Source: a virus (taxonomy: Duplodnaviria > Caudoviricetes). Taken from it: 26,383 nt of DNA. The notes beneath the pieces were generated by a model. The model was not told where the DNA came from, did no database searches, and saw nothing but the letters and a program-made list of their open reading frames with translations. Positions 23,401 through 26,383 of this stretch are shown here, one piece after another. Within the stretch, counting starts at the first letter, position 1, and each line of letters starts with the position of its first letter. The position numbers and the translations under genes are program-made. The stretch covers positions 1 to 26,383 of IMG/VR virus record IMGVR_UViG_3300020379_000624; one strand, given 5' to 3'.

Positions 23401-26383
23401 CAGCAGCAACAGCAGAACCACACTTAGGTAGTAGTTCAGTTGCATCCCAATCTTCTACAATTGTATCATCAATCTTCTGAACAAAAGCATTACCAGCAGA
23501 AACAGATACTGTCTCATTCTTGATAACCTGCATTGCGATGTTCTTCGCTTCGGTCATTACCTTAGCAGCTTCATCACGCTCAGCATCAAGGAACGTAGAG
23601 ATGTTAGTACCAGTTTGATAGTCGTAGTTGGTGACATAGATCTTAGCAGCATCATATGTCTTATAGTTACCACCAAACTTAACGTCCCACATAACTTCTT
23701 TAAGGACGGTGATAACATCATCCTTACAATCTTGTGGAGTATTGTTTTCCTGTGGTGTGTAAGCAGGATATGCAGAAATCATACGAAGATATGCTTCTTC
23801 GGCAATGAAATCTAGGTTATCAAGAACCATGTCATGTGCATCACACTCGATGTTTCCTACGATTGGAGGATCACCAGTTGTGTCAAGTGTAATGTTAAGG
23901 TCACGATCATAGTATGTGTTAGTCAATGCACGCTGCATCAATTCTTCAGCACGCTTGAATGCAGTGATAGAAGGTTCAACTTCAGCATCAACACCGTTAG
24001 CGATTAACTGGTTACCATTGAAGTATTCTTTAGTTGCAGCAATAGTAAACTCGTTACCACCAAACCAAAGGTCTTGTGCAACAGCGTCAACAACAATACC
24101 AAGGTCTCTACGACACTTAGCTTCACCAGTGATGAATGTTCCAGCATTTGCTGGGTTGTTCCAGATACCACCAGTGATGTTACCAGCAGTGATTGCATCA
24201 GTAACAATAGTTCCTAGAGTATCAACAGCAGATTGAACATCAGCACATGCACTAGAACTTGTTCTGCTTGTGACTGCAGAGTTCTGTTTTACAACAGCAT
24301 TTGCATCTGCACCTACGAACGTGTGGTTATAGTTACCACCAGAGATAACTGCATTTGCAGTAGCAGATACAAATGTATGTGCAGTTGTATTAGTGGAAGG
24401 AACGTTCTTCAGTACCTGAACTGTAATTGTAGTTGCAGTTGCTGATAAGATAGGAAGTGCAGTTTCGTAGAATGGATCAGTTGAACGAGGATAAGTGTGG
24501 TTAGTTTGATTATTATCTTCATCACATGTGAATGTCAAAGAGTTAGCTGCAATCTTAATGCTTGTGCCAGTTGCTAAACTATGAGCACCAATCGTCAATT
24601 CCATCAATCCTGTTGTAGGATTGTAATCTGCATCAGAAACGTTGAAGTTAACAATAGGTGATGTACCTACATTGACTTCAAATGTGTCATTAGTTTTGTT
24701 AGCAACTGTCAACCATGTATTATAAGTTGGGTCAGATGCTCTTGGATATGTCTTCCATCCAGTTACTGAACCGACGTTAACTGAGATAGTTGTACCAGTT
24801 GCAGATATAATTGGAAGTGACTGGTTAAATGCAGGATCAGTTGTCCTTGGGTAAGTGTGAGTGGTAGCATTGCTATCCTTATCGCAAGTGAACGTTAACG
24901 AGTTTGTTGCGATAGTAATTGAATCATTAGCTGTGTAACTATGGTTACCAATTGTTAATTCAAGAACACCAGTGGTAGGTGAATACGCTGCATCAGTTAC
25001 ATCTTTATCAGTAGTACCATTAACAGTTACTGCATTGGTAGCTACTCCACCTGCCCATGTGTGTGGAGAACCAGTACCCATGTCACATGTGAATGTTAAC
25101 GAATCTCCTAAGAACTTAATCTGATCTCCATTAGCAAGACCATGACCAGCAATAGTTGTTACTAGAGTTCCAGTTGTTGCATTATATGTTACATCAGTAG
25201 GAGTTCCTACATTAGTTTGTGAACCAGCATAAGTGGATCCACCTTCTGTTACTGTTAAATCTTTATAGTATAACTGGTTAGTAATCGCCTTCTTCATTTC
25301 GTTGATGGCGGTATTATATGCAGTTACACTTTCTGCTTCCTCACCCACAAGACCATTGCTTAGAGGTGTAGTTGCATTAGTGAAGTATTGCTCAGTGAAT
25401 GTTCTGGTATGCTTGTTACCTTCACAGAACATGTCAACAGTGATTGCATCAATGAAGTATCCAATGTCACGAGCACACTTAAGTTCACCAGGTCCCCTAC
25501 CTTCACCATAGTTAACCTCAATAGGCATGGTGTTGAGGTTACCGTTAGAAAGAATTGTGGTAACGATACTTGTTAGTGAATCAACTGCAGATTGAACATC
25601 AGAGCAGAGGAATTCTTGAGCATTGAACTGGTTATCAGTATTGCCAGCAAATGTAACTGCGTCAGCAGCAGCACTTACGAATGTATGTACATAGTCACCA
25701 CCAGTGATAACTGCTCCAGCTGTTGCACCTACGAATGTATGTGGATCAGTGTTTGTTGATGGGATAGTTGTTAATACTTGGAGTGTAATTGTGGTTGCAG
25801 TTACTGACTCAATTTCAATTGAAGTATTATAGAATGGGTCATTACCATTTGATCTAGGATATGACTTCTCAGCAGCAGCACCAGTAGCACCACCAAATCC
25901 ACAACTGAATGTTAGTGAGTTAGGTGCTAATCTTACATGTGTACCAGCTGCCAAACTATGAGCACCAATCTCAAGAACCATCAATCCTGTGTTAGGATCA
26001 TATGTTGTTCCTGTAGTTGGTGTGAATGTTACCTCAGGTGATGCACCAACATTAACTGTGATACTATCTGTTGTGGATGCAGTGATCTCAATGTACTGTC
26101 CAGATACTGGGTCAGTTGCACGAGGATATGTCTTGTTAGAAGTATTACCATCCATTGTGCAGGTCATTGTCAATGCATTATCTGCAATCTTGACACGATC
26201 ACCAACACTCAATCCATGATTAGCAATATCAAGAACCAATTCACCAGTAGATGCAGTGTATGCTGCACCATGTGGTGTATACTGCTTAGTTACCTGACCA
26301 TATGCAGAACCAGGTGCATTGTCTGCAGTTCTGAATAGATCCTTCTCATAAAGCTGATTAGTGATCGCTTTCTTGATCATCTC
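14435..26383 (-). CDS. Giant virion structural / long tail fibre-like protein (>3,981 aa, 5'-truncated by the window edge)
   Basis: The frame is open to the edge (in-frame GAG at 26383-26381), and the first residues [14 protein letters not shown] repeat the internal [14 protein letters not shown], so the track's Met is internal. Contains [30 protein letters not shown], fibre-shaft motifs (LGINT..[15 protein letters not shown]) and a C-terminal YMVNTT...[17 protein letters not shown] domain typical of T4-like fibre proteins. Confidence 0.9.
   Translation of the reverse strand, partial: [3982 protein letters not shown]
22200..25620 (-). repeat. Four diverged alpha-helical modules with C-x-R/D-D...D...GGN motif and associated C..v.sav.tL..iv helices
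   Basis: [22 protein letters not shown] (25480), [22 protein letters not shown] (24118), [22 protein letters not shown] (23731), [22 protein letters not shown] (22402). Confidence 0.85.
22680..26280 (-). repeat. Seven diverged ~95-aa beta-rich modules (Y.p.TG.l.ltig.H.l..g..i....nsltFtC..d.....k/hYPR..DP.....l.i...t.ttitvnvG...HTFv.a..nav) in three clusters
   Basis: Seven YPR motifs and seven HTF/HTW strands counted in the translation; clusters at about 25640-26280, 24290-25200 and 22680-23310. Confidence 0.85.

Noticed and set aside
8359-24207. Short alternative-frame minus-strand ORFs rich in Val/Leu/Met inside the fibre genes (e.g. 8359-8640, 15775-16026, 24004-24207)
   Set aside because: These are frame-shifted reads of GGT/GCT/ACT-rich codons. 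They have no independent domain and no codon-constraint signature like the one at 201-487.
361-26219. Numerous plus-strand ORFs of 60-146 aa in the ORF track
   Set aside because: All lie antisense to well-supported minus-strand genes, lack motifs, and are expected shadows of codon bias. The minus strand is already densely tiled.
26378-26380. ATG at 26380 as the true start of the giant protein
   Set aside because: The frame is open to the window edge and the sequence starts in the middle of a helical repeat.
7346-26383. Diversity-generating retroelement, invertible tail-fibre switch, intein or intron in the fibre genes
   Set aside because: I saw no reverse transcriptase, invertase, near-identical template/variable repeat pair, intein terminal motifs or frame interruption. 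Repeats appear diverged at the DNA level. A computational self-alignment was not possible.

Overview
This window looks like part of a T4-like cyanomyovirus genome (likely a marine Synechococcus/Prochlorococcus phage; this is inferred from gene content and promoter style). All credible genes are on the minus strand. In transcription order (right to left) it holds: a giant virion structural/fibre gene of more than 3,980 aa that is 5'-truncated at the window edge; three tandem tail-collar-domain fibre genes; a 2OG-Fe(II) oxygenase; a tail-fibre assembly chaperone-domain gene; and about 5.5 kb of densely packed small early/middle-type ORFs. The small-ORF region carries four copies of a dyad-plus-Pribnow promoter element and two canonical sigma70 promoters. 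It ends in a signal-peptide HExxH metallopeptidase and an AbrB/MazE-like gene. Four observations stand out. (1) The helical repeats of the giant protein resemble the phycobiliprotein chromophore-binding helix; one reads KCARDIGY, as in alpha-phycocyanin. (2) A basic-protein ORF missed by the ORF track overlaps the AbrB-like gene in the +1 frame for 287 nt, with a strong codon-constraint signature. (3) Seven beta-modules in the giant protein are nested inside one another and circularly permuted. (4) Three of the four dyad promoters are embedded in the 3' ends of the preceding genes. I recognised no tRNA, rRNA, CRISPR array or mobile element. All family assignments are by-eye motif recognition, not database searches.
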